In this document: positions 13,481 through 27,581 of the stretch, in pieces | Layout: the number at the start of each line of letters is the position of its first letter | Position numbering within the stretch: position 1 is the first letter of the stretch | DNA from: Camelus ferus | Taxonomy: Eukaryota | Length of the DNA stretch: 64,000 nucleotides | Assembly (NCBI RefSeq): GCF_009834535.1 | Contig: NC_045697.1 | Coordinates: 96,102,001-96,166,000, forward strand | Direction: 5' to 3' | Program-made: the position numbers and the translations under genes | Notes under the pieces: model-generated | What the model was told of the DNA's origin: nothing | The model's database searches: none | Seen by the model: only the letters and a program-made list of their open reading frames with translations

Positions 13481-13982
13481 TACATTGACTGTTCTATGTG
13501 TGTTTCTGTTTAAAGATACCGTATTTAATATATATCATTGATTCTTTTACACTAAACCCATGGTCAACAGCACCATCACTCAAGCCTGAAAATTAACATT
13601 ATCTACCTAATGCACAAAATTCCTCCATAAGGCACACCATAGCCTACTAATGTCTGTGTACACCAGCAAGCACATCTGCTCTATGCTTAAGGGCAACTTA
13701 AAGCAGGAAAATCATCAACAAAAAATGTGAAAAACACGCCACTAAAAATACCATAAAAAGGAGATGTGTTTACAGTATGAAAGCTGAAGCCAAAAGTTGG
13801 AATACAACATTGTTGACTTCAGCTGGGAACTTGCACGTCCGATGGCTCAAATTTTCTGCCTCTCTGCCCATGTCTAAGAATGACCATGAAAATGCCTTGG
13901 GTACTACCTTTGGGTAACAAATACATTTTAGCAAGTAAATGAAATCTCACATGTGGAATCCTCAAATAATGAGGCCTGACTG
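13481..13982 (-). mobile_element. MER82 (TcMar-Tigger) DNA transposon
   Basis: The reverse complement begins 'cagtcaggcctcattatttgaggattccacatgtgagatttcatttacttgctaaaatgtatttgttaccc', matching the recalled MER82 5' end. TA flank at 13983-13984. Internal 'ttcccagctgaagtcaacaa' and 'catactgtaaacacatctcctttt'. Confidence 0.75.
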
Positions 13983-14069
13983 TACTGTTAGAACATTCCT
14001 ACATGCTGAAGAAGAACTTTTTCATTTTTTAAAAAGCAGAATAGAACAGACTATTGAGTTCAGAGGAAA

Positions 14070-15720
14070 TGTGTGCTTGTAATTTTAAATAGGTTAATCA
14101 AGGCATCCTTAAGAAGAGTATCCTTGAGAAAATGATATTTCAGTAAAATCTGGAGCAGGTGAGGAGGGTGGCCATTTGATATCTGGAGTGGAGGATTCCA
14201 AGCAAGGAAGAGTCAGCCAAAGTGTGAAGCTAGGAGAATGCCTGAAGCATTGGCTGAAGAGCAAGGAGGTGATAACAGCTGAAGGACTGCTTTGACAGAG
14301 AGGGGAGTTGCAGAGGAGGTCAGGATAGTAATGGAGAAACATTTCCTTTTGGTCTTCAGAATATGTGTAAGGATTTGTGCTTTCACGCTGAATAAAATGG
14401 GAAGTCACCGCAGGAATGACCGACATTTCAAATCAACTTCACTGATTGCTTATTTGTGAAGAGACAAAGGAAGAGGGGGGATGAAAACCAAAAAAAAAAA
14501 AAAAAAAAAAGAAGGGGAACGACTGCCTAGTGGTGTGTAGAAGAGACTAGAGTCCAGAAATGAAATGGTTCAGACCCTAATGATAGCAATGGAAGTGGTG
14601 AGAACTGGTAACTGGATATATTTTAGAGATACAGGATATGGAGCTTGAGGGGGAAACAGGGAATCAATTGTCTAAACATACTTGGCACAAGCAACTAGAA
14701 GTATATCAGGAGTACCCCTAACCTTTATTACTGAGATGGGAAAAAATGCAGGAGTAGATATTTTGGAGGGGGTGATTAGTTTTGACATGCTGAATTTGAG
14801 ATGACAATAAGATATGGAGATTTTACAAAGGCAGTTACACCTATGGGCCTGGAATTCAGAAAAAAGATCCAAGAAGGAAATAAGAATGTGGCAGCTGACA
14901 ACATATACATGGTAGTCAAAGCCAGTCCACAGGATAAGTGAACCAAGGACTCAGCTCTTGGTTGCCAGGAATGTTAAGAGGGTGGGGCAAGAGTAGGAAT
15001 TGGTAAAGATGACTAAGAAGGAGCTACTAGTGAGGAAGGAAAAAAAAAAAAGACAGTGGTGTCCTGATATCCAAGGGAAGTAGTGCATCAAGGTTGAGAA
15101 TGTTAAATTGTGTCACAAATCAATTAAAAAGAAAAAAAAACTGATAAACTGATATGAAATTTGACAATGTAGAAATCATTGGGGATATTTATGTGGAACT
15201 CTGGGAGCAAAATCTTAGTTGGAATGGATGTAAGAGAGAAGAAGCTGTGAGAATTTGGAGATGCATAGCACAGACAATTATTTCTTAGACTTTTACAATT
15301 AATAAAAATAGCTGTGGGAGGTGGCTCAAAAAATGATGTTTTTTAAAGATGTGACAGTAACATTATGTTTGTATAATGATGGAAATTGCCTATAGACAGA
15401 AAATAATTGCTGATATAGAAGAGAGCCCCAAAGTATTCCTGAGGCTATGTACTGAAGTACAAAGGGAAAAGGGGAGAAATTGTGTGAAAAACAGAAATTA
15501 TTGAATTTAGGCAGAATTATGGCTAGTTCAAGTATGGTAACATGCAGTACTACAATATCTTCAGATACTGGTAAGTAGGAATATGTGGCAGTGGGAATGT
15601 GTAGATTGTTTTGTTATTGCTTCTATTTTGACAGTGAGGGAGGAAGCAGGGTGTGAGTGGGTATGAGTATATGGAAGGACTGACAATAAAGGACCAGGTA
15701 TGAAACAGTCCCATAGTTTG
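14070..15720 (-). mobile_element. Long LINE-2 fragment
   Basis: Extended antisense-L2 signatures: 'ttttgacatgctgaatttgagatg', 'ggcagttacacctatgggcctggaattcagaaaaaagatcc', 'gactaagaaggagctactagtgagg'. Confidence 0.8.
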
Positions 15721-16589
15721 GGTGGGGGTGATTTAACAAGTTAAAAGTTGCATCCATGTCTGGTATCTTTACAGGCTCTTTTGAACATTGTTATCCTGAA
15801 TTAAATTGATACTAATCAACACAGTTATATATATTTTTTCAGTCACTTTTAATCACATATTTGCATGTGTAAAAAGGGGTGAATACATGTGTTTAATCAC
15901 GGTTTTAGTTTGCCAATATGTAAGGCAAAGCACAGAGGTATCAATCAAGGGCCAGTTCTGTATTTATTCATCATCAAAATATCAAGATTGTGTGGTGATT
16001 TTCCCCAAGATATAATTTTTTTTTTAATTTGACATACACACACACAAAAAACCCTTTCTTCATAACCAAGAGCTTTTTCCATTTATTGTCAGGATCTAGT
16101 GATGCAAGTATCTTTCAAATGATGATCTAGCTCTACTGTCACACAGTGCCCCTAGTTGATGCTAATTTATCCTGTATACCACCAGCAGATTAATCCCTAT
16201 AATGTACAATTTACAAAGAATATATTTGACAATTTAAAAAATCATGCATGCCTATTAAGTAAAAGAACAAATGACAACAGGAAATTTTTCTTCTAACCCT
16301 ATCAACAATGAAGATTTTTATCTCCTTTTTGTATGTTATTTTCCACATAATTTTGTGAAAACATATACTTTCAATAAAAGAAATTAATATTATTTATATA
16401 GTGATATTTAACAAATCATAAATTTTAATATTTCATGCTTTAAAAATTCAAATTATTGAATAATTCTCTATTTCCTAAGGTAATTTTATATTTTGCATTC
16501 AAAGCCCTTCACTAATTTCCACACTCATCTTCACTTATGTTTCACATGACACAGATAAGCTGCTGATAACAAACACATTTATTTCTCTA

Positions 16590-17150
16590 GTTATGACTCT
16601 CTCCTGAGCTTGAAATTCCTATATTCTTCTTGCTCTTACCTCTTTCTTGATTTTTATTTGGATATTTAATAGGAAATTCAAGTAACGTCTGCAAATACCT
16701 TGTTTCAAGTCTACCATGTTCCAGTACCAGTTTGTTCCTCCCTGTATTCTGTATCCTGGTAAACTGCACCATTATTCATCCCGGGGCTCATTTCCAAACA
16801 TGAGAATCTTTGATTTTCCTCCTCCTACTGCTCCTATCCATCATCAAATACTGTCAGTTCAACCTTCAAAATACAGACTCAATTGCACAATCTCTCATTT
16901 CAGAGAGCTCTATACAACTCCTTATCTGGAGTGATCCTTTCAAAGTAAAAAACTATTCTACAGCTTTTCCTCGAAGTTAGAATAAGATCCAAACTTCTAC
17001 AGTGCCCTGCAAGCATCTTACCTAGGAACTTTGTGCTTGAGATTGTCTTCACCAGAGAAACTCTTCCAAAGATCTTCTCACTGTCTCACATAAGCATTTT
17101 TCAAATGATGCTTCCTCAGAGATGTCTCTCATAACTTTTCCATGTACAAT
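16590..17150 (+). mobile_element. LINE-2 fragment
   Basis: 'ctctctcctgagcttgaaattcctatattc', 'catcaaatactgtcagttcaaccttcaaaata' and 'gaataagatccaaacttcta' are sense-L2 signatures. Confidence 0.65.
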
Positions 17151-19049
17151 AGTCACTCAGGGTTCCTCATGGGAAAAAATGGGGACATATGTAATGTTAA
17201 TACTCACTCAAGTTGAAATGACAACTCCACACTGTGGCAAGTGTAGGCTGGTGTATGGGCTAACTCTCGGAGATTTCTGGTCTGGGGTCACCTGTGTTCT
17301 CTCCTACTATGCCCGTCCGTGCCTTCACCAGAGTCTTTTCCTACCCAGACCTCAGTAGATGGTGGGCACTGAAACACACATTTCATGCAGTAGGTGCCCA
17401 TAGCACCTTTAATGTTTTTGACCATAATGAACCTTAGTCAAGAAAGAAAACTCAGTTAAACAATATATTGCTTAATGAAAGTAAAATCATTCAATCTGAG
17501 TATAAAATTCAAAAAATTCAGTAAATTAGGTATTTTTAAAATTAAGCAGTCTATTAAAATGTTTTATCAGTTCTAGTCAAAGTAACGTTATAGTTTCAAC
17601 TATGTACATGACATACTGTCAAGATTATGGTTAATTTCCTTAAAGATACAATGATTAACTCATTAATAGCTGAATTTCGAATTTGATATTCAAAACTGAT
17701 TCAAAACAATTATCATTAGCTATTTTTTAGCTTATGTATTTTAAACTGTTTGAAATGTTATTTTAAATATCTGAATTTTATATCAAAGTTGTGAACTTAA
17801 AATTATTATTTTAAAAATAGCAATGGAAAGAAACTAATCTCTGTATTAGTCAGACACATGCTAATATTTAAAGGTATACAGCTGCATTTCTCTTGGTAAA
17901 AGAAGACAATTCAATCCTTAAATCTTCAGGTTGAAAACAGGACAGTAACTGTAAATCTTGTTGGCATGATTTCCCCATGCTCTGAAAAACACTTAAGCTT
18001 GTAGTTGAATAGCCAACACTCATTATCTATTACTCGTTTACTTTGAATCTTAGAGAATACATCATTTTTTTCTTTATTTCAGCCCCTCTAGTAGGTCAAT
18101 ATTACCAAGTATGAAGAAGATGACTACATTCATTATATTTATTAATAGCATACATATATATATCATATCATTTATATATATGTTGTGAGTGTGTGTATAT
18201 ATACATATGTGTTACATATATAAAGTCTGTGAAAAGAACAATTCTTCTTTTAAAGGTAAGAATTCTTAAGTAAATGTTTTAGGATTATTAGTAACATGGA
18301 TAGACTGTTTCTAGCATGGTTTAGTGTAGGCAAATGTATCTTTCTCTGCTCCTTAAACAGATTAGTTTTGGGAATAGAAAGAGGGTACAATTTGTCTAAC
18401 AGATCTTCACTATGCAAGGGGCTGTATATACTCCAGCCTCAATACATCAATGATTTCACAGTAAAGTTTATTAATATCTTAGTGTCCCAGATGTCTTCTG
18501 ATATATCTTAGCTCAAATACTAATATTTGTCTGGAAATTCAGGGAAGTAGCCTGAAAAAAATTAATTTTTGATAGCTCCATTTATTTTCTGTTGAATCTA
18601 TTCATAATAATCTAATTGAAAGATGAGAGTAGGACTGAGGGAACAAAAGAAAGATGAAGGATTCTATATCTTGCTGACCAGGTTTGGCTGCCGATGACCT
18701 CTTATTCTTCCTCTGATTTCCCATTGTTCCACAAGAGCTTGTGCAGATCAGAACAAGAATTCTCTAGCATCTGTCATGTAGCATTAATATTACCTCTTAC
18801 TTCTTATGACATTGACCTACAAATAAATGACAGCTAAAAACTACACAGTTCAAGCTCAAACAGGTATTTTGAATGATGACAGTTTGAACATTAGGTACTT
18901 TACAATATTAAATCCTTACAAATCCTAGATCAGGAAACATTTTCTGGTATGGGATAATAAAATAGATATTCTGAATATGTGAGTGATAATTGTAGACAAG
19001 GCTTATTTGAAGAATAGTCCTCAGAAAGTTTCTTTTCTAACCTTATATT

Positions 19050-21150
19050 AAATGTTCTCCTTTATCTTTTGTCATACGGTTTGTCTTGAAGTTTATTTTA
19101 TTAATGTAGACACACTACCTTTCTTATGTTTAATGTTTGCATAGATTTTATTTTACTTTAAAAGTATTTGTATACTTATATTTAAAGTGCATATCTCTTA
19201 GTGAAAGGAATAATTGTTCCCGGCTTAAATTATTATTGTTATTTTAAAATTAGGTCTGATGATATATACTTTTCAATTGAATTATATACTGTTAATTCTG
19301 TTTATCTGATGTTATTATAATGTAGTTGGACTAATATTTACCATTCTCCTACTATCTACCTCTATATATATCATTTATCTGTCTATATTTATTCGCTTTT
19401 CTGTTTCTATTTATCTCCTTTCCATCATTCTCTTGGATTGAACAACTGTTTTCTTTTTAATATTCCACTTAAATTTCTTTGTGCTATCCAGTTCCATATC
19501 TAATTTGTTATTGCTCTTGGGATTATTCTGTGTATTTTTAATTTATTAGAATATAAAGTTAATCTTTCAGTGCTTTATGCAAAATGTAAGCACATTGCAA
19601 CAATAGTTGTTCATTTATCTCAAATTTGTTGCACCATGGCCATATACTTTACATCTATATATTCTATAAACTTAACCATAAAATGTTATATTTTTGCATT
19701 AAATTATCAGTTCTATAATTAAAGTAATTAATTAGAGAAGAAACACAAACTTAGTCTTTCTCATTTATCCAACCTATCAATCTAGTGTCTTGAGTCTGTC
19801 CTTTGATCAGTTCCATCTGGAGTCATATGCTTCTGTCTGAAAATTTCCCACAGCAGTTTTTGTGTTGCAGGCCTTTTGGTGACAAATTGTTTTCTTTACT
19901 TTTCTGAATATATTTTTGATTTATTTTCCTTTTTGAAGACATTTTGACTGGATATAGAATTTTTGTTTTACTTGTTTGTTTGTCCAATATATACCCTAAA
20001 GACATTGGTTCACAGTGTGCCAGCATTGTTTTTTTCTGATTCTCGAGAATTTCACTATTATCTGTATCATTATTCTTCTATATTCAGTGTGTCATTATTT
20101 CTTTGGCTGCTTTCCAGATATTTATTTTTATCTCTCCTTTTAAGAGATTTAATTATAATATGCCTAGGTGTGATTTTATTTTCATTTAGCCTGCTTTAGG
20201 ATTTTGGAGTGACATAAATCTGTATATTTGTGTTTTCCTTCATGCTTTGGACATCTTTGTCTTTATTTCAATATGTATATATTTTTTCTCTTTCTCATAT
20301 TTTTCTCTCCTCTCCTGGGACTGTAATTAAACATACATTAGACCTATTGGACATCCAATTTATTCGTTTTTTCAATCTGTTTTTCTCTCTGTAATCTATA
20401 TTGGATAATTTCTATTAATCTATCTTCAAGATCACAGAACCTTTCTTTTGTCATCTTCAATATCCTGTTAGTCACATCCAGTAAATTTTAATTTCTTAAA
20501 TCTTCAATTTTGTTGTTTTAAAATTTTTCTTTCCCTTTTTTTTTTTTTTTTACTTATTAAGATTTTCTTTTTTTCGGGTATTTAAACATATTTACAATAG
20601 CTGCTTTAAACCCTCTGACTGCTAATTTCTATCTCTGGTTTTCTTAGGATCTATTTTTATTTATTTTCTATTGTCCATGAGTCGTAGTCATATGCCCTAC
20701 TCCATCATATACCTAGTCATCTTTATGGTTTATTGGACACTTTTGGATGATATATTGTTGACTCTTGGTTATTCTATTTTCACTGAAGAGAAATGATTTC
20801 TGTTCAAGCAGATGGTGAAACTTTTGGCTGCTCACCTTTAACTTGTATAAAGTTTTGAATTTAGGGCTTTAGAGTGGGCCTGTTTCACTTTTGCTCTTAT
20901 CTTCCATAGAATCCATGGATCCGTAATGCAATCTCCACTTGTTAGGCAAAGTTCTTTTAAGGTTTCACTGGAAAGACTGATGTGGTTCCCAAGGCCCTCT
21001 ATGTTGAAGATACTCAAACTGCTAAATATGTGCCTTGTATTAAGTAGCTATAAATGTCTGTTCAACTTATTCATGCTTTGAGATGTGTTTTTCACCAAGC
21101 TCCATGGCATCTTGTTCAGGGGTTAGCCAAGGATTTGATGGGAGATTAGG
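19050..21150 (-). mobile_element. Ancient L1 (L1MC/L1ME-like) 5' UTR-ORF1-ORF2 start, antisense
   Basis: T-rich. 'tttttgaagacattttgactggatatagaattt', 'ttataatatgcctaggtgtgatttt' and 'ttggataatttctattaatctatcttcaag' are typical antisense L1 ORF1 motifs. Confidence 0.75.
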
Positions 21151-24100
21151 TTTGGATCTTTCATTAATTTTTTATGAACTAAGCTATTCAAAAGAAGGTT
21201 GATTAGACTTTAAAATGTGATTTTTAAGGATTTCTTTTGTAAGAATTTTAGGGAATATTTTCCTTTATATGTCAAAAAAATATGTATTATATATATATAT
21301 ACCCTGCAATACTTAACCTTTATATCCTTGTCTGAAACATTCATTATATTTGAAGAAAATTCTGTGGAAATCCAATTTCTTCTTATTTTTATAAAAATGA
21401 CTGATAATAAATATAATTGCAAAGGTATATGGATATTTTGTATATATGTACTTTTCATAAATTCACTAAACTTAAAATATCAGTAAACTCTTTTAAAAAC
21501 TTGTATATGTAAAATAATATATCTGTAAGAATAATCTTTTTGTTTTTCAGGTTCTTATTTTGATATCATACAGTTCCAACTAACGACCTTGGATTGTTTA
21601 AAGTAAAATGAAAATTGTTATTGATTGACCCCCAACATCCAAATGGCTATACCCCAAGTATCCTTTCTTAATAGGGTCTTTGGAGCTCAGGTGTATTTTC
21701 CTATTAAAACACACACACAATGTTTATCATTCTTTAGTCCTAGACAAAACCATATTTTTTCCATCTGTAATTAGATATTAGTCCTAATAGTGCTATAAAA
21801 GTCCTGGGAAAGTCACATTTAACCTCTAAACTAGAGCACCTTGAATACCTTTCTGCAATACTGTTGGGAAGAAGGATCCCAGATTTATGATATTCGTGAG
21901 CATCCCTGTAATCTGGGTCGATCCTCTTTAAGAAGGGAGAAAAAATACTGCAGACTTGCATTGATCATAAATGCTATTAACTTCTTGCATGTCCCAGACT
22001 TCCTATTTTTCTTCAGATTCCATTAAATAATGTGTTCCTTTTCTGCTGTATTAATCTGTTTATTCTCATAAAAGTTAATCTAATTTCTCATGGTTTTTTT
22101 TTTTTTTTTGCCTTTCTTCCTCTAAAGTACAAAACTCTTTTGAAGTTCTCTAAAGGCTATTATTTGTTATAAGATGGAGACAGGTAAAATAAAAAGAGAC
22201 AAAAGATGAGAATGGAGCATTTGCTATAGAAATAATGGTATGTGAAATCCAAACCCTAGAAGTACTGAAAAGGAGAGGAATCTCTTTGATCTCCTGCTCT
22301 TGTGACTACAATTGTGTCAGGAAGTAATCTAACGGTGCCCACAGGTATCTTAGAATACACAAGTCAAGACTAATTCACTTTAATGTATTTAAATTATTTT
22401 ACAACCTCCATTTGGTTATGTTCTGGCTTAAAGGTTCTGCAATAATTACAGTTACAAAAAAATTGAAAAGCTACTGAATTTTTTAAGTCTCCAGACAAGA
22501 TACATTTTATTTAAACAATTAACAAAAGCAAGATATGGTGAAAATAAGAAATAAAGAGATCTACGTAATGGTAACAAAATGAAATCAGGAAACATATAAA
22601 TAATAACAATAGTAATAATAATAAAGATAATTAGCAGAGCCAATGTAAATTGGTACATTGTACATGAATCTTCCCTTCAAACTATGTGTGAATAGATAAT
22701 AAAAAGCTGAAAAGTTAGGCAAATCACCAATTTCTAAAGGAGATTTACCAGCTCATGAAATTACAACAAACTGACCAACCAAAGCCAATTAATAAAGTCT
22801 ATTAAAATTTGTTTCAGGCAAATGATTTTAATGATTTTTATAAACTCATGATACATATGTAATGTTTTCCCAGCCCCTAAATATGGAATGACTTCCAATG
22901 CTCTGTTTCTTACATTCAGACATCATTTCTAGTTGTATGAACTTGCATTTATAAACTGTTCTTTGAGAAGTCTGTTAGTCATAAATATTTATTTCCTTTA
23001 TTATCTTTTCTTTAAAAAATACTTAACATCTATAGCATTGGATTTTTTATATTTTATAGACTTGAGCCAATGAGAAATTAAATATCATTCAAATTATATT
23101 ATAGTATGTATTTACTTATCAACTTGGTTCTTTAAAGCACAAAATAATGAAACTATTTTTTAGATATAATTTCCTAATGTACACAGTTTTTATTATTTCT
23201 CCCTGGAGTTCTGGATATTTAACATATCAATTAATAGATATCTATAGATGAATAACTCAAATCATAGAAAGAAGAAGATTCCCTGAATTACTGATTGAAT
23301 ACATTTTCTATGTATTCTCCTGAAAGCTGCTATGAACTTTTCCATTTTGGTTGCTACTCCTCTTCACACTCATTTCTGGGAATCCCTCATATGCCCTTTT
23401 TTCCTCTTGGGGGTTGATTAAAATACAGTCAATGGAAGGCATAGTTGAACTTCATTAAACCATGATTGATCAATAATTCTCTTTTTCTATAGTATAATCT
23501 ATTTAAAACAGATATATGAGTTTGGTTTTTGGTGTGTCCAGTTCTTTATACGAACTAAATACTTAAACTTTAATTAATTGCAGTGCTCCTCCCCTGCAAA
23601 TAAATATTTTGAATAAAAACTAAGGTCATGATTAGAATAATGAAGGCAGTAGCTATCATATAAAATTTAATTTCAGTTTAGGTAATAAAAAGGATATATA
23701 GTAATAAATTTATCTTCTGGGTTTTTAATAAAGAATTATTTTTCCACACTACCAGCATTCCCCACTATTTATTAGACTATTTTAAATTCATAATCTATAA
23801 AACATAATCACCTAGCTTCCTTACATGAAGAGTTTTGTGAAAATCAGAATTGTAGAATCTATATGATTAGTTTATTAGCCAACCTTTTCATATTATATAA
23901 AACTGTTCTCTTTACTGTGTCTTTACCTGAATTCTCTTATTTTTTTAGACTGTGGGATTTTTAATTCCATAATCACATTTCACTGACACTTTTTAAATTG
24001 ATTTATAAATCTGATTATTAATGTGCTTTTTAAAAACACAAGAAAAAATTTTCCTCATGATTATTGTTACAAGACTAATAGTAATCAAAGAATGGAGTTA

Positions 24101-24859
24101 ATGACATTACTTCAATGACTCAGAAATAATCATTTGAAATATCATGCATTCAGTTTTTAAAAACTGACTAAAAGATAAAGCTCACTATTTTTGCCGATGT
24201 TTTTAAAAATGATACTTTAATGGGAACATTTTAGTTTATTCATTTATAAACTAACACTACACAATTAAGTAACAGTTTGTTGAAAATAAGTTTTGTGAAA
24301 GCTTTGAGATATATACATTTGAAAAATATTACCTCAGTCACAATTTTAATTCAACTAAATCAAATTAACAATTATATTTAAATTATGACTCAGTGATCTA
24401 TTTATAACTTTCAATTATACTTCCCTTTGATAAATCAGTTACTGTTGTATAGTAACAAAGTTTCATTATCAAATAAACACATTTAGAATATCTATGGATA
24501 GGGAGCTGCAATGCTAGAATAAAGAAAATAAAGCATAACTAAAATTTGTTTCCTGAAAGGAAATTTCCAAAATCTAAAGTTTATCACTACCTTCTCCTTT
24601 CTCCATTTAGTAATAAGACCATTTACTGACTTTCATCAGTATTTTAGTGTCATTTTGCTTTTGCATTTCCTACATTTGTCATAATTATTATTAATGTTTA
24701 TAAATTTCGTACTTGCTCATTGTATAATCAGAAGAGTTTTACTATTAATCATTAAATAATTTGAAAATTAGTCATCTTATGATGTTTATATTTCAAAAAA
24801 TTGTATTTCATTATAAAAGTGATATAAAAATCTAATGGTTCCCTGGAATAAATCCCATT

Positions 24860-26026
24860 TTATATCTGTCTCAGCAATATTTTTTTGGATCTGTCTTCTT
24901 AGGCAAGGGCAACAAAAGCAAAACTGAACAGATGGGACTACAGCAAATTAAAAAACTTTTGCACAGGGAAGGAAACCATCAAGAAAACAAAAAGGCAGCC
25001 TACTGAATGAGGGAAGATATTTGCAAATGAGATATCTAACAATGGTTAATACCCAAAGTATATAAAGAACTTACACAACTCAACATAAAAAAAAATCTGA
25101 TTAAAAAATGAGCAGAGGACGTGAATAGATATTTTTCTAAGGAAGATTTACAGATGGCCAATAGACACATGAAAAGACGCTCCGTATCACTGATCACCAG
25201 TGAAATGCAAATCAAAAACACAGGGAGGTATTACCTCACATCTGTCAGAATGGCAATTATCAAAAAGACAACAAATAACAAGGTTCAGCTGGATGTGGAG
25301 AAAAGGGAACCCTCCTGCACTGTTGCTGGGAACGTAAATTGGTGCTGCTGCTATGGAAAACAGTATGGAGGTTCTTCAAAAACTAAAAAGTAGAACTACT
25401 ATGTGATCCAGTAATTCCACTTTTGCGTATTTTTCTGAAGAAAATAAAAACACTAATTTAAGAAGATACATGTAGCCCTATGTTCACTGTAGCATTGTTT
25501 ACAATAGCCAATATATGGACACAACCTAAGTGTTCATTGATAGATGAATGGATAAAGAAGATGTGGTATATATACACAATAGAATATTATTCAGCCTTAA
25601 AAAGAAGAAATCTTGTCATCTGTGACAACAAAGATGGTCCAAGAGAACATTATGCTAAGTAAAATAAGTCAGAAAAAGACAAATACCATATGATTTCACT
25701 TATATGTGGAATCTAAAAAAACAAAACAGAAATAGACTCACAGACACAGAGAAAAAAACTGGTGGTAGCCAGAGAGGATGAGGGTGGGAGTGATGAGCAA
25801 AACAGGTAAAGGAGAGTAAGAGGTAAAAACTTCCTGTTATAAAATCAATAATTCATAGGGATATAATGTACACTGCAGGGAATATAGTTGATAAAATTGC
25901 AGTAACTTTGGTGACAGACGGTTACTTCATGGTGATCAATTTGTAGTATATATAAATGTTGAATCACTACATCATATACCTGAAACTAATATATAGTTAT
26001 GTTCATTATACTTCAATTAAAAAAAA
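24860..26026 (+). mobile_element. 5'-truncated L1 (ORF2 C-terminus + 3' UTR + A tail; L1MA-age)
   Basis: ORFs 25121-25393 ([19 protein letters not shown]) and 25480-25662 (MFTVALFTIA...DEWIKKMWYIYT) are L1 ORF2p C-terminal segments. Ends 'tacttcaattaaaaaaaa'. Imperfect TSD aaaatctaatggtt (24827-24840) / aaagtctaatgctt (26024-26037). Confidence 0.92.
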
Positions 26027-26581
26027 GTCTAATGCTTTACAATAATTTTCTTTCTTGGTTATCCAAACTGAAGCATCTGTAACTAATATAGAATCAATCA
26101 TAGCAAAATGTGTAAAGAGAATAATTTCTTGGGCTTTTTAATGTATAGATTTGTGAATTCCAGAATGTAGTTACAGGTAAGAGTGACTGTCTGTGTCTTA
26201 AACTGCTAATATTTATAGGTACAGCTGCAGGATAACAAATATAACTAGCACTAACTGGAGCACTTGAAATAAACAGCCTATCTGAGTGGATTAATTACTG
26301 TGGTTCTCTCTATAAGGCATTGTTCAGTAATCCTATTTCTTGAGTATTATGTGACAATCAGTGAAAATATAAATTATGTATGATACACAGTGTGGATTAT
26401 ACATCGTACGTACTTACACACACACTGTGTGTGTGCAAATACATAATGTGTGTACCTAGGGAGATATAAGAAACTGTGAAAGATTTCATGCAGGACCCCC
26501 CACACTCCAGGCTAGATAATTGTAACTTGGATTTGTCTATTACACTTTTCCTCTTTTTGAATTCATTTGCTGTTTAGTTAT

Positions 26582-26941
26582 TGCTTATAGACTGAGTATT
26601 TGAGTTTCCCAAAATTCATAGGTTGAGAATTATCCCCATTGTGATGTTATTTGGAGATGGGTTTGGGGGGAGTTGATTAGGTCATAAGAGCAGGGCCCTC
26701 ATGAATGGGATTAGTACCCTTATAAAAAAGTCTGCAGGGATTTCCCTCCCTGCTTCTGCCATGCGAGGACACAGCCAAAAGACAGCTATCTATTAACCAG
26801 GAATCAGGCTCTCATCAGACAACAAATCTATCCGTGTCTTGATCTTGGACTTCCCAGTCTTCATAATTGTGAGCATTACATTTCTGTTGTCTATAAGCCA
26901 CTACATCTATTTCATTAGAGCAGCCCCGATGGTCTAAGACT
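26582..26941 (+). mobile_element. MLT1A-type ERVL-MaLR solo LTR with 5-bp TSD (gttat)
   Basis: 'gggccctcatgaatgggattagtacccttataaaa', 'ttgatcttggacttcccag', ends 'ctaagac'. gttat at 26577-26581 and 26942-26946. Confidence 0.9.
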
Positions 26942-27099
26942 GTTATGATTAAGATCAAAATGAAAACAGGCAGCTGAAATTTTCCTTTTGAACCTGTTCC
27001 TTATGTGCACATTTTGTTTGTTTTTACCCCTAAATAAATTTCAGACTCAGCTCCAAAGAGAAAATTATTCTTATTGGGTTGTTCATCAATGCTCAAACT

Positions 27100-27581
27100 C
27101 TTCTAAATATAGCTGTTTCTTGCTTCTTCCTCCACGTCCACTTTCCTACCTTGCCAGCCCTGCTCTTGACCCAAGACAGCCACACATGCGGGCTATGTCT
27201 GCAGGACTCTCAGGCCCTCTGGCTTCTGGTTGAGCTGCATCAATGGTGAGCTTCAAGAGGAACACTGAAGGATGAAGGAGAGATAGGTCAGGAAAACTAG
27301 CCTCAGGATCCCTCCCAAGAGAGTCAACACCAGCTGGCTGTATTCCTTGAATACAGATGACAAATCTTCAAAGCCATTTCTTTCCTATGTATCCATAACC
27401 CCACCCTCCCTTCATTTTTTTCCATTTCTGTTAGTGCTGGAATCTGCACTGACATTTAAGATTCCACTCCACCTCACTAACATCTTTATAAGGAATCCCC
27501 ATATTAAAAAGAAAAAAAAAACTTCAGATTACCTTAATTTGCATATATCATACGCCTCCAGCTGGGACTCTGACTGATATG
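27100..27581 (+). mobile_element. LTR33-like ERVL LTR
   Basis: 'ggccctctggcttctggttgagctgcatcaatgg' and the terminal 'gctgggactctgactgata' resemble LTR33-family motifs. Confidence 0.55.
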
